Assembly: GCA_964016885.1 (NCBI GenBank)
Contig: OZ024744.1
Span: 79,484,001 to 79,548,000, forward strand
Length of the DNA: 64,000 nt
Direction: 5' to 3'
Origin: Eledone cirrhosa
Lineage: Eukaryota
The position numbers and the translations under genes are program-made. Below are positions 49,244 to 63,487 of this stretch, piece by piece. The notes beneath the pieces were generated by a model. The model was not told where the DNA came from and did no database searches. It was given only the letters and a program-made list of their open reading frames with translations. Numbering within the stretch: the stretch's first letter is position 1; every line of letters begins with the position of its first letter.

Positions 49244-51068
49244 ATGGCTGAAGCAACTGCTTCTTCACCAACATTCGAAGGAGGAAAGGGGAAGATATGC
49301 TTACAGCTTTCCCCTTCCACTGTCATAGTAGCAGATGTCTCGGACAAAGGTCAGACAGAGGAAGGATTTTCTTCACCTGCTGACCAACAACTTGACGTTG
49401 CCATGGCAACAAACCAAAACCCAAAGTGTGAAACAATGAACAAAAACACAACCAGCACCACCAACAACAACAACAATGCTATAAACGAAAACAACACCAA
49501 CAATAACGAAAACAACGCCAACAACAACGAAGACAACAATAATAACAAGAACAACAAAAACAACAACTCCAGCACAAGCGAAAACAACCAAACACACCAA
49601 AATAAAAAACGTTTGCAGAAAGCCTTGCCAAAAAGACAGATTTTATAGAAATAGATCTGTCAAACCAAGCGCAGCACCTTAAGGACGCTGCACAACATAT
49701 AACTTTCGAAGGTAACGGCTTTCGAATAAGTACCCCACCGGAAATTACGGCCGTGACACTTAAGAAAAACAATTTTCTTCCTGACGAACTGCTCACAAAC
49801 CAAGAAACCTGTGGCTTTAAGCAATAGCACAGTGGAAACTGCACTAAAGGAGACAATGCCAGACATTGCTTACCGCCAGAGGGCCAAGCAGTACGGTGTT
49901 CTTTAAAAGCAAGGCCCTCGCCCAGAAATATTCCGAACATACATGGGAAGAAGAACCCATAAAATAAGGATCTACCACATCCCACCGAACACCAACATTT
50001 GGTGGATCCTGGGTGGTTTTTTGGAGGAGGGTAAAGACAACCTCCTCTCTGTAAAAAAAATCAATCCAACAGACTGGAGCAGGACCTCAATGGAGCTTTT
50101 GGTTCAAACGAATCCAGAGAGGATTGAAAAAATACCGGAAAGGGTGCCGGTGGATGATGACCATGTTGTCCACATGGCAGTGGAGGGCAAAAGACCACAA
50201 TGTTTCAAATGAGGAAAAAACACATTTAAAAGCATTTTGCCCAATGCTGGATGTGGAAAAACAAAAGAAGGCGTTGTTGCCAACCCCAAAACTACAACAG
50301 ACACACCCGAAAACAAAAAAAACATAACCCCCAAACCATCAACATTCACTCAACTATCACAAACCACAAAAGACACCACACCAAAAATTCCCCTGAAGGA
50401 CTCCCTTTCCCCTTAGTCCAACACTCCCACAAGCACACACGCAAACATTCCACCACAACACAACATACCCCTCCCACCTACCCACAATGATAACACCTCA
50501 GACACGGAAACCTCTACATCTCCAAGTGAGGATGAAGAGGAACCCCCAAAATCCAAGAAGCAAAAAAGACACAGAAAAAATACAACAAAAACATCAACTG
50601 AAAACACGCACACACCCAACACTGACATAAACATACCGCCACAAATGACAACCACACCAACAACACAACCAGACACTCCAACAAAACAAACACCCACACC
50701 ACTACAATCACAAACCCCAACCACTAAAAGAAAACTACAAACAGAAACAGTATACATAAAAAACAAAACACATTACATGTACATAAAAACAAGAAACAAA
50801 AGAACTGGTGGAAACTGTCCGAAAGGACCCCATAATACAAACGGAAGGGAAAACCTTCCCCACCAACGACCCACCCCCAAACCTCAAACTTATCAGGGTA
50901 ACAACCCTACAGTACAAAACTTTAAAAAGGAACTTCCCACACGATGTGGGCCTCCCTTGCCAAAAACCCCTTAACCATGTCTTGCTAAAAGGATTCCCTC
51001 CCTCCCCAAACACCCCCAATCTGGACATGGAGATCGAACAACCCGACCTCCAGGAAACGAAAAAGTAA
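49244..51068 (+). pseudogene. ORF1, disrupted
   Basis: YMGRRTHKIRIYHIPP, RPQCFK*..HLKAFCP knuckle; C-terminus homologous to 38007-38327. Confidence 0.85.
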
Positions 51069-51105
51069 GTGTTCCTGCCTTTTCTATCCCTAACTCTTCA
51101 CCAAC

Positions 51106-53256
51106 ATGGTAACTATACAAGTTGGATGTTTGAATGTACGTGGCCTGGGCATGCCCTGGAAACAGGGCCAGCTTTTAAATGATCTCAGGTCACATTGTAT
51201 AGATGTGATAGCCATCACTGAGTCCAGGATTCACGAGAAGTAGCAGCTAACCCCCATGTTCGATGACTTTGAGATCTACGCATCTCTCTGTCAGCCGGGA
51301 GGGGGAGTTGCTATTCTGTTTCGAAAAAACTTGGATCTCAAAGTACAGACAATTCACTTGGACCCGGAGGGCAGCTTGGTGGTCTTGGACGTGAATGGTA
51401 GTGAAGTGGAGCTTTCAGACTGGTGGCCGTATATGCCCCGACTGGGACATCACGACCAGAGTTCTTCAAGTGTCTGGAGCCATTCCAGCGAACGTCTCGC
51501 TCCTTAGTGTTAGCGGGGGACTGGAATGGCATCGTAGATGCACGTTGAGACTATGTAGGAGCTTGTCATAATAGAGGGGGGTGTAATAGCCTCAAAAATC
51601 TCATCAGCCAATTCCAACTGGCTGATAGATATCGACTAGACTTCCCAAGTGTACCACTGTGGACGTGGAGCAACCACACTGGGTCTTCTAGATCGTATTT
51701 AGATAGATTTTTAATTAGACAGAATGATAAGGAAACATTAAGCTGTCCACAAATGCACATGGTTGCCTATTCAGACCACAAATTAGTCACCTGCGTAGTC
51801 AACCTTGATAGCGCACATAGACAGGGACCCGGATACTGAGACTCTCGAGCCATTACTGCGGAAGTTAGAGCTGTTGCAGGGCATCCCAATCGAACCAGGA
51901 CTGCGGAGAGCAGCGTTGACCTATGCCGACGACATAACCGTAATGGTGTCGGAAATCGGGGTAATCGGCAACCTATTACAGGAATACAAAACGTTGTCAG
52001 GAGCAAGACTAAACCCAAACAAGTTTGTCGGTTTGCAACTCGGCACATGGAGAGGCAAACCCAACAGTGTCGTTGGACGCTGGACGGAAGGACCGGTGAA
52101 ATTGCTCGGGGTCTGGTTTGGTCCAGACCTCCAGGTGGACAAGAACTGGAACGAGGTCACGGCTAAGGTGTTTGCACTCACCCAGAAGTGGGCTGAGTGC
52201 AAACTCTCCTTGAAAGGTTGAGCGGAGGTGGCGAACACTTACATAGCATCCGTCATCTACTACTGCTTGACAGTCGTGCCTTGTTCCTGCGAATACCTCA
52301 GCAAAATGGAATGCCTACTCTTCAAGTTCCTCTGGAAGAAACAGGCTGTATTGGTGAGGAGATCCATCTGCTGTCAACACCCTTCTAACGGAGGGCTGGG
52401 CATGCCGGGGCTGATGATGCACAAACACGCGTTGAGGCTATGCCATCTCCAGGTATTCCTGACCGGTGAATCGTTGTGGCTGTCGTTTGTGAGACAAGCT
52501 CTTCCACAACTCATCTCATTAACAGAGCTGCAGTCCTTGGTCAAGCGAAGACCGAAAATGGGTGCCTGGAACCTCTAGTGCCTTCAGGTGCTCACAGCCC
52601 TCTACCAAGCAGAAATGGCAATTAGCGGAGACTCCACTTCGACATTCCATAGGGGATTAGTAGGGCATAAGTGCAACAACGTTCTCGGGGAAACTCTAGG
52701 CATCGAGGAGGACGAACTGACCAGTCTGTTTGTGAGGACTTTCAGGTCTCTGGCCTGGCAGTGCTACTGAGGAGCTCTACCAGTTCGAGACAAAATCTAC
52801 AGGCATGGACGCCCAGGCAGAGATCTTGCCAAAGGGACCTGTCCAAGATGCCAGCAGGACATCGAAACCGTTCTGCACGCAATTGTTCAGTGCCCAGGGG
52901 TGACTGACCTGTGGAATTATGTCGAACAGCTACTGTCACGTGTGGGACACATCCAGTTGTCAGTCGAGTCCATCGTGAGGATCACCCCGCCGCCTTCATT
53001 TAAGAATGAAGGAGAGGCGGTCTTCCTCTGTCTGGTGGCTATGGCGAAAGAGGTAATATGGTGGACGAGGTTAAAAGGACTGAGGCCAAACACCTTTCTC
53101 TCTGGACAACAACTTATCCCCTTCTTTAAGTATCACTTCAGAAGGAAGGTGAGAGTAGAGAGAGAGGTGTTACACCCCAGTAAATTCGCTGAAAGGTGGG
53201 TGACTGTGGCGAAAATGGCTCGAGTGACTGGGCCTTCTCTGTATATAAACCTGTAG
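51106..53256 (+). pseudogene. ORF2, disrupted, lacking N-terminal half of RT
   Basis: CLNVRGL..GDWN..YLDRF..YSDHK..GPGY joined at about 51838 to TLEPLL..YADD. Confidence 0.92.
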
Positions 53257-53869
53257 GTTGAGGAAGATAAACAGAGGAAAGACAGGAACACCTACAAAAT
53301 GTGTTCCTGGTGTTGAGGGTTGTTCTATCCACGGGGTGTAAAACAACCCTGCAGTAACATTCCCCCCTAATGGGGATTTCAATTGTTATTTTATTATATA
53401 TAGTTTATTGTTATTTATTAATGTTAAAGTTATATGATTTTTATGTTAAACCCCGACAGCATGTCTTGTAATGTCCCATTCTTGAATGCCCCTGTGGCAA
53501 ATAAAGAAAGATATCTATCTATCAATCTACCTATCTATCAATTTACCTATATAACTATCTATCTACCCGTCTGTCTGGCTGGCTGTCTGCCTGCCTGCCC
53601 ACCTGTCTGTCTGTTTATCTATCTATTTATCTGTCTATCTGTGTGTGTTGATATTTTTGCTCCTTATTTCGCTGTCAGTTACAGCCTACACACACACACA
53701 CTCTAACCACCACACATGCATATACACTAACCAACACTCACACACACACACACATCCTAACTGCCACGAACACACGCACATTTACACTAAACAACCCACA
53801 AACATTAAATAATGATTTGATACATTGCTAGGAGTGGGTGGCTGATGCAGCGTCAATGTAATAAACTCA

Positions 53870-55365
53870 CTGACCAGCTAACTGACTGACCAACCAGACA
53901 AACACACACACATAACCAACTAGTCAACCACACAACCAGCCAACCACACAACACACACACATAACCAACTGATCAACCAGCCAACAGACAACAACTAACT
54001 GATAAACCAGCCAGCCAGACACACAAACAACCAACCAACCAGCCAACACACACACAACCAACCAGCCAACACACAAACAACCAACCAGCCAACACACACA
54101 CAACCAACCAGCCAACGCACAAACAACCAACCAGCCAACACACAAACAACCAACCAGCCAGACACACAACAGCCAGCCACACAAACAATCAAACAGCTAA
54201 CCAACCAACACATAAACAATCAACCAGCAAACACACAACAGCCAGCCACAAACAATCAAACAGCTAACCAACCAACACATAAACAATCAACCAGCAAACA
54301 CACAAACAACCAACCAGCCAACACACAAATAATCAACCAGCCAGACACACAACAGCCAGCCACACAAACAACCAACCAACCAGCCAACCAGCCAACATAC
54401 AAACAGCCAACCAACCAACACACAAACAACTAACCAGCCAACACACAACCAGCCAGACACACAGACAGCCAACCAGCCAGACACACAACAGCCAACCAGC
54501 CAACTCACAAACAACTAACCAGCCAACACTCAAACAGCCGACCAGCCAACACACAAAATCCAGCTAGCCAACCAACCAACACACAAACAGCCAACCAGCA
54601 AACCAACCAACACACAAACAACCAACCAGCCAGACACACAAACAGCCAGCCAGACACACAAACAGCCAACCAGCCAGACACACAAACAGCCAACCAGCAA
54701 ACCAACCAACACACACACAAACAACCAACCAGCCAGACACACAAACAGCCAACCAGGCAACACACAAACAGCCAACCAGGCAACACACAAACAGCCAACC
54801 AAGCAACACACAAACAGCCAACCAGCCAGACACACAAACAGCCAACCAGCCAACACACAAACAGCCAACCAGCCAGACACACAAACAGCCAATCAGCCAA
54901 CACACAAACAGCCAACCAGTCAGACACACAAACAGCCAACCAGCCAGACACACAAACAGCCAACCAGCCAACACACAAACAGCCAACCAGCCAACACACA
55001 AACAGCCAACCAGCCAGACACACAAACAGCCAACCAGGCAACACACAAACAGCCAACCAGCCAGACACACAAACAGCCAACACACAAACAGCCAACCAGC
55101 CAACACACAAACAGCCAACCAGCCAGACACACAAACAGCCAACCAGCCAACACACAAACAGCCAACCAGCCAACACACAAACAGCTAACCAGCCAGACAC
55201 ACAAACAGCCAACCAGACACACAACAGCCAACTAGCCAGACACACAACAGCCAACCAGCCAGACACACAAACAGCCAACCAGCCAGCCAACCAGACACAC
55301 AACAGCCAACCAACCAGCCAACACACAAACAGCCAACCACACAAACACACAAACTGCCAACCAGC
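53870..55365. repeat. CAAC/CAGC-based minisatellite (about 23 bp higher-order unit)
   Basis: ACACACAAACAGCCAACCAGCCA repeated, more homogeneous toward the right. Confidence 0.95.
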
Positions 55366-55391
55366 TATTTTATCCATTCCCTCCTGTTATA

Positions 55392-55835
55392 TACGAGGGG
55401 AAGTAAAAAATTATCTGCACTTTGGCAAAACCTTCCTTAAGTTAGCTGCACTGCCTTCTGCACTCAGTTACATAACCGAGGTTGACCCTGATAGTTCCAT
55501 TCTACTAACTGTTAGCACCAAGGAAGAACAGAGATCAGTGATCCAATTTCTCTGGTCTGAAAGTGTGTTAGAGGCTGAAATTCACAGGAACATTACCTGG
55601 AAAAGGGGCCTACAGTCACCAGTGTAGGCTTCAGTGAAATGTTGGCCAACGAACTGAAACCAGCAATTCACACCAAATGCTGAGGTCTATAGTCATAGCA
55701 AGTGTTATTGTTGCATGACAATGCATGCACACATCATTGAAACCATTGAAAAATTGGGTTGCAAATTACTGGAACACTGCATACAGTCCAATATGAATGA
55801 CCAGCTAGTTACCTGGCCCAAAGAAACTATTTTCC
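55392..55835 (+). mobile_element. Mariner transposon remnant, internally deleted
   Basis: TA|CGAGGGG end; TKEEQRSVIQFLWSE, HYLEKG.TV, LLLHDNA, LLEH..YSP motifs. Confidence 0.8.
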
Positions 55836-56759
55836 AATCTTAGTCTAAAGCAAGTCTGAAATCAGCAATAAAAACATCACCAAAACAAATTGCATCCATC
55901 ATTTGTATGAACATTAATGAAAGGAATTATTTTCAATTGTTTATAGATTGTTTATATTGTGTACCAGATTTCAACAAAATTTAAAGAATAATCTGAAAAC
56001 TTTCCAACATTCTCAAAACATTTTTTTATCTACACAAACAAAACCAAAAATATTTGTATGAAATTAACAATGAGGCACATGTAATAGGTTTTTATCTAAT
56101 AGTATTATTAATATTTATAAAAAGAACTTATATAAAACTAGATTTAGTTCCACATTATTTAGAAGCTAAGCAAATAGTTACTGAGTTAATAGTTAGATGA
56201 GAGTTGAATATTCAGCTTTACCTTTATATTAATGTTTCTACTTTTGGCACAAGGCCAACAATTACCTCAGTGAATTACTGGTGCTTTATTTTATCGACCC
56301 TTTAAGGATGAAAGGCAAAGTTAACCTTGACGGGATTTAGCTTTATCGTTATAATAATAATAGTATTTAAAGACCATGAAAACAATTTTATTAATAATGT
56401 GTCTTCATCATCATCACCATCACCATCATTGCACCATCTTCATTATCAATCTATATTTTCCATAGTCTTGACCTTTCAGCTGGCCACATCTTCTTCATTT
56501 GTTTTTTGTTTTGTTTTTGGCCTTGTTTCTACAGCCAGATACTCTTCCTTACACCAACCACTTTACAGTGTGTAATGGAAGGTGAACTTAGGATGTGGGT
56601 GTGTGTGAGTTGGAAGCATAATGTGTGGGGGTGGTGCATTTCTTTCCATGCAGACATGGGTTGGACAATGAAGGTGAACATGTGATGTGGGTGGGTGGGA
56701 GTTGGAAGCATAATGTGTGGGGTGAAGCATCAATATACACATAAGCATATCTATATTGA

Positions 56760-56940
56760 CAAAAAGCACCCAGTACTCACTGTAAATGAGGTTGGCATTC
56801 AGAAGGGCATCCATCTGTAGAAACCAAGCCAAAATCAGTTCTGTATGAACAAGACATGGTCACCCGACCTAGCATTGCCCACAACTGGACAACTCGCCTA
56901 ACCCATGGAAAAATGGACGTTAAACACTGATGATGATGAT
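56760..56940 (+). mobile_element. RTE 3' UTR tail fragment
   Basis: GAAGGGCATCCA.CTGTAGAAA..GGACGTTAAAC..(GAT)n; relatives at about 16230-16370, 19908-20047, 44060-44190(-). Confidence 0.7.
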
Positions 56941-58557
56941 ATCAGCATATCCATATTAACATATCCATATTGGTATATCCTCCTCATAACATATCCCTAA
57001 TATCACCTATTTAGTCAACTAAATCTTGTTTCCACAACAGCTACATGAGGTCAGCATTCACCACACCATTCCAAGTTTTGTGGAGTAATAATTTATTACA
57101 TAGTTTATATATGATAACATCCATGAGCTTGGCTGGTTTCACTTGGGGATCCAACCGGATCAGTTGGAGACAGTTGCTTCTGACAAGGAGTGTTTGAAGA
57201 CTCTGGGGAGTCAATAAAATAAAGTACCAGTAACACACTGGTTGATTTAATCGGTTTTCTCCTTTCCCCTCTAATTGCTGGCATTATGCCAAAAAGTAGA
57301 AACAATTATTACACATAATATGAATGGCTGACAATTAGATTGTTAGTGCAAAACCGCACAAACAATCTTGAGAAAGTATTGAATAGAACTATGACTGAAT
57401 CACATAAAAAAAATTAAAGTCATTATTCTAATATTACAAATTTTCATAATAATCTGTCCACTAATAAAGGTACTACAAACATTTGAATTAATAAACCTAT
57501 TTTTATATATGTTCTGCTAAACCATTATAGGATGTTAAAAACTTACTCTTAACTATTTCATTACCATATTTCTAATAAAAGAGGAACTAGGATTTTCAAA
57601 TAATTTTGAAAGTAATCAAGAATTTGGAAGGATTTAGTAATATAAGTAACATTTTCATTAACATGATGGTGTTTGGGATATTACTTACCCTTTCATGACT
57701 GCATTTCTAATGAAATACACTGTATTTCAATTAATTAATAAAGATTTTTAAGAGATTTATTAAAATTATTAATTATTTAATCACTAAGATAGTAACTTAA
57801 AGTAAGGTTCTTATATAAAATTATGTTGGAAAATTTAAATTTAAATTGGATATCTTTAAAATAGGTGGTTTTGGCCGGATTGGTAACTAAAGGGTTAACA
57901 AGGGTTCTTACATAAAATTATAATGGAGAGTTTTAGAAAAGTATAAACTCTAGCTTTCTATCAAGAGCAGTTTGAAGCAGTTTGGTATCAAAAGAATTAA
58001 AGATTATTGTTGATACAAACCTACATATTGTTAATTTCTAAGATATTACCTTATATTCAGAAATCAATACAGGAATCTATATGAAAAGTTAGAGTAAATA
58101 CATATTGCTTCAAACAATTTGCCTACCCTTATAAATTTAATTAAAAACAAAATAAAAAAAGCGGTACATTGTTCCCCAGTTTTTTATCTTATATATTGTC
58201 CTTCAACAAAGCAGCCCCTTGTAATAATGAAACATTGAAACATCAAGTTTCAATAGTACACATAATTTTGCTACAGAAATAGCTAATGTTAATAGTAAAA
58301 ATTCTAAACAACTTTTGCTTCTAATTTTTTTCCATTTATATAAATATCTTTAACTCTGTAAGTTGTCCATTATCCATTAAATAATTTGTCATTCAAAATC
58401 AATAGTTTACAGCTAATTAAGTTTCTAAGAATTCTATCAGTTTGTTTTAAAATCCTTTTAATTTAAGATACAATCAACATCAACCTATATTCAGAAATTC
58501 TTAAAGATCCTTCAACACAAATTTATTGAAGTAAAACTTGTCTTTAAAACATGTATG

Positions 58558-59762
58558 TGTAGCGTTCTCTAGACAAAGGGAAGTAGCTGGAGTTACTTCC
58601 CGTTGAATTCTAGAGGATTCCTTGAACTTCCGGTCTAGGAATTATAAAGGAAGAAGAAAAGAGACATCTTGGCTTTTTGGCTCTTGGACAGTTCACTCAC
58701 GAGCGAGTTTGTTATAATCTTATTATATCTGTGTCGAATTAAATTAGTGGTTGGCCTGCAGTGGTGTTTACCAAAGTAAATAACCATGTGACCAACTCAC
58801 TAAAGTGGTGACCGCGCTAATTAGGCAAGTAGCTAAACTATGTAGGGATCGAACGCTATCTAGACGACGTTCACGAATTCGGTCTTCTTCCTTTCACCGT
58901 CGCGCCATTAAGACAGATTTAGGTTTCTCTTCTGCTGAACTTCTTTATGGTACCACATTGACTCTTCCTGGTCAAATGTTAGCACCGGTGGATTCATCGC
59001 ATCTTGACCCAGCATCATATGTCACCAGGATTCGTTCGTATTTCTCGGATCTTCCACCAATGAACTCTCGTGACCAGTCTATTTCTTCTGCTGTTCCATC
59101 GGACATCTCTACGTGGATGCATATTTTTATACGGAATGATTCCACCAAGGGACCACTTACGTCACCCTATAAAGGACTTTTTCGTGTGCTTTCGCACACA
59201 CCAAAACACTTTACAGTGGCTGTCAATGATCGAAAAGAGATAATATCCGTTGACAGAGCAAAGAAGGCTTTCTCTGAAAGTCTCATTACAATGCCTGATT
59301 TACCTCGCACATACACTCCCACACCGACACCTTCATCTCCACCGCAAACACCACATACCACACAACCATATGTCACACGAAGTGGCAGAACAGTGAAATG
59401 GCCAAGTAAACTGTCAAAAACTGTGTATGTTTAGCCCCTGTTGGCATTAACATTTTTTCTCTCGCTACAATGACCTTCGGTTGGTCATTCGACTTCTCGT
59501 CTGAGAGGGGAGTCTTGTAGCATTCTCTAGACAAAGGGAAGAAGCTGGAGTTACTTCCCGTTGAATTCTAGAGGATTCCTTGAACTTCCGGTCTAGGAAT
59601 TATAAAGGAGGGAGAAAAGAGACATCTTGGCTTTTTGGCTCTTGGACAGTTCACTCACGAGCGAGTTTGTTATAATCTTATTATATCTGTGTCGAATTAA
59701 ATTAGTGGTTGGCCTGCAGTGGTGTTTACCAAAGTAAATAACCATGTGACCAACTCACTAAA
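58558..59762 (+). mobile_element. Gypsy LTR retrotransposon, non-autonomous, 1205 bp
   Basis: 247 bp LTRs at 58558-58804 and 59516-59762 (4 differences seen); PBS-like TGGTGACC; PPT GAGAGGGGAG; integrase C-terminal SSAELLYG..SPYKG.FRV..ISVDR.K..TRSGR. Confidence 0.93.
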
Positions 59763-60480
59763 TATACATGTATATGTATGGTCCTGTAATTCCTGGTGAA
59801 GTTGTAGGGCGCCACCATAGTGACATACAGCGTTTCTTGGTTATTTTAAAACTTGGTGGAGTCCATCTCTTCTCCAGGTCTGAACCCAGCAGATTTCTTC
59901 CTGAGAAGGATAGGGAGAAAGGAAATGAGAAAGAGATATAGAGTATTTAACTGGTACTTTTTTTTTTTATCTACCTTGAATGGACGAAAAGCAAAGTTGA
60001 CCTCAGCAAGATTTGAACTCAGATAGCCGGGAGCCAGAATGAATACAGGAAAACATTTTATCTGAAGTTCAAATGACTGCCAATTCACTACTTTCTTTAA
60101 GACATAAAAATATCTAAAATTATACAATTATTTGGAAGATATTAGAACAAGCATAGGTAGCCTTTTTTGAGCAGTGGGCCACATTGGATATGTCTCATCA
60201 TAAAGTGGTTTGCACTAATAACAAAATTCATGGTAATTTTGAATTTAGGTGTGCGATTAAGAAAACCCAATGGGCCACAGTTCGCTCAAGACTCTATTAG
60301 AATATACTAAAACCATGATAACAATGGTTGTAATCTTTTTATTTTAAAAAGCCTGGAAATATTGTTTCATTAAAATTCTATCTTAAACACAAGTTCAGAA
60401 CTAATGGTTTTTCCTTTTTTGTCAATGTTTTGTCGTCATTTTAAATTCCACTTTCTCTGCTAGCAAGAGTTGATAAAAAG

Positions 60481-60598
60481 ATGCTCACAGAACCTAGGTT
60501 TCCTAAGCAGTCACCCACCTAAGTACTAACTAGGCTGGATGCTGCTTAACTTTGGTGATTGGACGAGAACTGGAGTTTACAGCTTGATAGAAGGCACA
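60481..60598 (-). pseudogene. 5S rRNA pseudogene or 5S-derived sequence
   Basis: Reverse complement contains TTCTCGTCCAATCACCAAAGTTAAGCAGC..GTTAGTACTTAGGTGGGTGACTGCTTAGGAA (boxes A and C), followed by T5; many substitutions. Confidence 0.8.
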
Positions 60599-60599
60599 C

Positions 60600-60905
60600 C
60601 GTCAGTTACGGTGATGAGTGTTCCAGTTGATTTGATCAATGGAACAGCCTGCTTGTGAAATCAACGTTCAAGTGGCTGAGCATTCCACAAACATACATAC
60701 CCTTAATGTAGTTCTCAGGGAGATTCGGCATGTCACAGAATGGGACAAAGCTGGCTTTTCAAATTACAGGTACAACTCATTTTTACCAGCTGAGTGAACT
60801 GGAGCAATGTAAAATGAAGTGTCTTGCTCAAGGACACAACACGCCACTGGGAATCAAACTCACGACCTTACAGTCATTAGCTAAATTCCCTAACCACAAA
60901 GCTAC
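60600..60905 (-). mobile_element. tRNA/CORE-type SINE, full length
   Basis: tRNA head, GTGTCCTTGAGCAAGACACTTCATTTTACATTGCTCCAGTTCACTCAGCTG core, body shared with 10180-10470. Confidence 0.75.
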
Positions 60906-60950
60906 AAGTGAAATGGCCGTAAAAATGATAACTCAAATTTTTTATTGAAA

Positions 60951-61620
60951 TACTAGCAGTAGTACCCGGCCTGGCACAGGATAAGATATTTTGGAACGCG
61001 GGTCACCAACAGACCTAATCGTGGAAAAACTGCATGCCTGGACAATATGTAAAGAAAATAAACCGAATACTCTGATGGTTGGATAATCTTTAAGATTCTC
61101 TTCGATGAAGCAGGAAAAATGCAGGTTTACACCTAATGCGGGCCCTAGGGGATCAAGAAAATGAATTTTTTTTATGTGCATAATATGCCTTGAAATTTCG
61201 GGAAAATCGGCTGGACGTAACGCTTCCAAAAAGCCCTAAAAAGCTGAAAAAATGAAGTTTTTCACTAATGCAGGCCCTAGGCCATAAAAAAGTTGGATTT
61301 TCTTTGCTCACAGTATGAAGAAGAGACTGACTAATACATAGTTACATTTTCAAGGAAATCGGTCTGACCTAAAAAAAAACCTAAAAAGCTGAAAAAACGC
61401 AGTTTTCACCTAATGCGAGCCGTAGGGGATCAAAAAGTGGAATTTGTTTATGTGCATAACACTTCTTGAAACATAAGTAATACACATGTAAAGTTTGAAA
61501 AAAAATCGGCTGGGTACTTCTTGGGTTTCACCCCCCCCCCCCCCCACACACACACACATACACACATAATACATACATACATAATCCTTCCTCAGTTTTA
61601 TATATATACATATATAGATT
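60951..61620 (+). mobile_element. Helentron/HINE-like element with internal ~135 bp repeats
   Basis: TACTAGCAG..CCCGG start; three CTAATGC.G.CC.TAGG units; TATATAGATT end. Confidence 0.5.
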
Positions 61621-63454
61621 AAAATAAGATTAAAGTTTAAGCAAACAATCGTTGCTTTCACCCTTAACGGATCTTCTGAACGCAGAAGTAAATATTTCGA
61701 AAAACGGTGCAACCGAAAGAAAACAGGAAGACGATACTTTGGTTCGTGAAGGCGTTCCCTTGCAATGAACGGAAAATAGCGAACATCATACGTCAGAATG
61801 TCGTAATGCAGACAGCCAGGCATACAGACAGATATTATAAGAGCGCTACGGAGATGGATAACCGTCGCTTAACACCCCTTTAACAACAGAAAATCTACAG
61901 TTATTATCTTTAGACCGCAAGGAATATATAAATGCAAGTTTGAAGTCAATCGGAGTAGAAATGTGATTTGTATAGACTTTGCAAAAATGAGGACACAGAC
62001 AACTACAGTCTTATATATAGATTTCAAAATATTTAATTGTTAAACATTAGACAATCTTGAACTCTTTGCATGCTCCAACTAAAGCAAAAGGTTTCCTCCT
62101 GTTACTGTTCATTGTATATCCAACAGTTTTAATTCATTCACAAATATCAAATATTTAGATTAGTTTCTTTTATGTTAATGTGGAATTCATTCATAGCTTA
62201 TGAAGTTTCAGCTTAAAATGAATTTTATTGTAGCTCTTAACTTTGTTGTAATAAGTTTTTTTCTCTGAATTGTTTATACTGCTGTGTATTTCTTTCATTT
62301 ATATATATCTATATATATATATACACAGTTCAAGAGTAACCAATCTTAAAGAGAGAGATTGAGATAATAGAGGAGATATGAGAGGAAAGATTGGTGAGTT
62401 AGTTAGAAGCCAAAGCGTAAAGGCATGTGCTCAATGTGCAATATGCAGTAGAAAGCAGCTAGGTGGCTGGGTTCATGCAGAGGTTAGGTGCGCAGAGCTG
62501 GAAATATTCATTTGTTAAGCAAAACAAGACCACAAATTTCACAAGGAAGACATTATTAAAAGATTGTCAACATATTTAGTTTGATGTAAGGAATGTAGAG
62601 AATAATAATAATAATAATGCCCATTTACAATTGTTTCGCTACTCCGTATAATATTTCTGGATCAGATGACTGTATCATAATTGATCTGGTTCAGTTGAAA
62701 ATAATTAACATATTTAAAAAAACATCGAAATGTCCCCAGATATATGCAGGTGCTCGGAGGACCTCCTTAGCAGAATCAGCGAATGCAACCTGTCTTGGGA
62801 CCTAACAGGCTGTACAATAGGTAGCATGGATGTAGTGTTATTGCTTGTTGTTCATTCGTTTGTCAAAATTGTTTTGTCACGCATTCTGTAACTTCCTCAA
62901 TGGCTATCTCTTATACACACACATAATGGCCACAACTTGATTTCGAGTAATGTCATCGCTTGATACTTAAGCACGAGCATCATGGATGCTTTTTTGTCCT
63001 GCCAGGGACTTGCCTATGGCCAGCAATACCATGCATCACAAAAATTGTCAGATATCAAGCGTTGCCTGTGCTTAAAGCTTTTTTAAGTGAGGAAAGGCTT
63101 TGCACGGAGCCAATCCCACTCTCTGAACATTGAATGCATTTGCCCCAAAAGAAGAACTGGTCTACATCATTAGATGTAAACAAAGTCACAGGTTTTATAT
63201 CAGTGACCTTCTCCTAGAGAGGTCTTAATAAAGACTGGGAGTCTCTCGCTCCACAAAAAAAAAACTTTATTGGATTCTGCTGAGTTCCTCCACTCTTTGA
63301 CGGGTTTTGTATTTCATCCCGCAGGGTGTCCAAATTCACCCTCTTCTCCAAGCTAGTTTGGTGGGGTTGTTGGTTTAGTTGCCGACAATCCGACCATGCA
63401 CAGGTTGTACTGGGTTACATGTTACCAATAACGTTGAAGATCAACCTGACAACT

Positions 63455-63487
<33 letters not shown>

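Larger units (their letters stand above)
49030..53511 (+). mobile_element. Tx1/L1-clade LINE with both ends and internal deletion, inside (TCTA)n
   Basis: ORF1 49244-51068, ORF2 51106-53256, 3' UTR ending AATAAAGAAAGA; (TCTA)n on both sides. Confidence 0.95.

Noticed and set aside
54505-55377. 290 aa Cys/Trp-rich ORF and overlapping ORFs
   Set aside because: Translation of a stop-poor minisatellite
60481-60598. Functional 5S rRNA gene
   Set aside because: Many substitutions, degraded 5' end, single copy
62730-63455. Gene or defined element in moderately GC-rich block
   Set aside because: No sustained ORF or recognisable termini; probably an old repeat that I cannot classify
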